NCBI GenBank assembly: GCA_051294905.1
Contig: CM119373.1
Span: 5,706,001-5,770,000 of the forward strand
Direction of reading: 5' to 3'
Length of the DNA: 64,000 bases
DNA from: Botryllus schlosseri
Lineage: Eukaryota
Part shown: positions 62,165 to 64,000 of the stretch, piece by piece
Layout of the letters: each line of letters opens with the position of its first letter
How positions within the stretch are numbered: position 1 is the first letter of the stretch
Notes under the pieces: model-generated
The model's input: the letters and a program-made list of their open reading frames with translations, nothing else
Told to the model about the DNA's origin: nothing
Databases searched by the model: none
Position numbers and translations under genes: made by a program

Positions 62165-63682
62165 CTATAGCAGTGAGGTTGGCGATGAGGAGCCAAGATA
62201 AACCTCCGACACATAGAATTTGATTCGAACCGGGACTCGTACCACATAAATCTATGTTACTGACCGACTCACCGAAGTTAAGCTTTAATGCCCTACCATG
62301 GTTTCTCATTATCGAAAAGACACGTGTAATCATTCGTGGATGGATAGAAATCGTGTCGCCACCATGATGTCTACATAAAAGCGTTTCTAAGCACACCGTG
62401 TATTGTTTTGATGAGCTTTAAATCATCAATAGACCTCGACTATAGAGCTGACACAAATAAGGGAAATACCAGCGATGCGTGAATGCAACGGCAGCGTTGC
62501 TGATGTTGTTTTGGTATGCATGATTATCGACTACTTGGATCACTTGACACGTGGCCGATGTTCTTTATTATGAATCAGATCTGTTCCATAGTAACTGGGT
62601 CAACATTCGTTCTATAGGATATTGTATAAATCTGCTTACGTTTAATTCAGATGTCGCGGAGGAGCCGAGATGGACCTCTGATACTTTTGGTAGGAGGTTC
62701 TTATCATCAGCAGCAACGTTCGCTATATAGATACGCGGAAGTTGATTACGCGAGAAATAATTGCAGTCGCTATCACCACACGCCGCGTACTTCCCGAAAC
62801 GATTTCACATAGATCAAAACGTCCCGCCGTAGTTCCAATATAACCAAACAGCGCACCAAAATGTTATTAGGTTACTATCGTGCAGCTTCCACGGCTCTGG
62901 CACCAGGCAGTTGTTTCCGTATACCGCACATTAAATCCCGTAAATGTTGGTCGAAATCATTCATTGTATCGTGTCCATAACGCAATTGAGACCAGATTGA
63001 AATTGGGTATGATCGTAAGTGTGTCGAAGCTCGAGGAGGCGGCTCAGCGGTTCGGGATTGAGCCCTGGGGTTATGCTAAGAATTACTAAAGACACCTGAC
63101 CTGCCTATCCTGGGTTTTTTGCTTTGTAAAAGTGAGCGGAATCACTTATTTAAGATAGTTACAATTCATTATTATAATCATATTGAACGGAATCCGAATA
63201 TATCCGGTTAGCACCCCTCAGGGGTAATAGTCAGCAACTATAGTGAAGAATTGGAAAGAACATTGCATATCAACAATCGTATGAAAAATATAACGTCACC
63301 AGCATGAAATTCCGAATAGCAGAGCTTTCAATCTACTTCTTGTAAATGGTACACGAACTCCTTTTGTTGGCACAGGTTTGGCTAGTGAATTTTCATAAAA
63401 GTCGACTCCAAAGTACACAAATGAAAGTGTAAACGGTCCCTCCAAACGACGTGAAATCTGTCGTTTCGATAAATTTTCGCGCAGCGGGACTATCCAACAG
63501 ATGTGTGCCAATGGCAGAATTTATGACCTTGTCATTGCTCAGCATCATGGTTGAGCGGATGAGTCAAGGGAGGGCTTTTCAATGACGGTGATGCGAGTGG
63601 TCTAATCTCTAATGAATCTAGGGACAGTGGGATACACTGTTTTAGTTGTTCCTGCAAACGCTTTGACGCTCTTCCCACGTAC

Positions 63683-63770
63683 TAGGGCTTGGCAAAATCG
63701 AGTAACTGAGTGATTTGATTTTGAATCACGCAATATGCTTCGAGTCGAGTCGAGTAATCGAGTATTACTC
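63683..63770. mobile_element. Left end of a hAT-like element with CGAGT repeats
   Basis: TAGGGCTTGGC followed by TCGAGT repeats; right end not within the window. Confidence 0.5.
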
Positions 63771-64000
63771 ATTATGACGTCAACACAGAATGTAATACGT
63801 CAAAGCTCAGATATGTACCGTTTATGCCACCACAAAGAATACAATGCCTGTTATCGATCTCATAAAAGCTCCTTGGGTATTTTATCGACCACACCGATTT
63901 CATTCCACTTGGTGACAATTTTGTGGGATAATCATGACTTCGGGAATGTGCTACGTCCAGTAACCTTGGTAGCTTTGTACTATATGTTTCGCTATGCTAC

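Overview
AT-rich eukaryotic (invertebrate animal) genomic DNA. The gene style and repeat content suggest an ascidian or similar marine invertebrate; this is an inference, not a demonstration. No prokaryotic features (operons, CRISPR, rRNA) are present, and most ORF-track calls are spurious. About half of the window is DNA-transposon derived: many hAT-superfamily MITEs with 8-bp TSDs (often nested), a full-length but inactivated hATm-type transposon (39789-43398), a derivative of it with two right ends (45950-48407), two fully palindromic hATm-type MITEs, other transposase relics and tRNA-derived SINEs. Between the repeats, on the minus strand, lie two tandem paralogous spliced genes that I reconstructed by hand from GT-AG sites and exon phase. 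Gene B (23618-9383, 11 exons, 353 aa) reads: signal peptide, CSRSYVNGRW-x4-C exon, short helical neck exon, tandem Ser/Thr-rich 72-102 nt exons, and an atypical Cys-rich C-type-lectin-fold-like C-terminal domain. Gene A (37307-26712, with candidate 5' exons at 59143-59083 and 58505-58485) has the same Cys-motif and neck exons and one Ser/Thr exon, but ends in a pentraxin/LamG domain. The most notable signal is this modular family of secreted proteins with a conserved N-terminus, a variable-length stalk and interchangeable phase-1 head domains.
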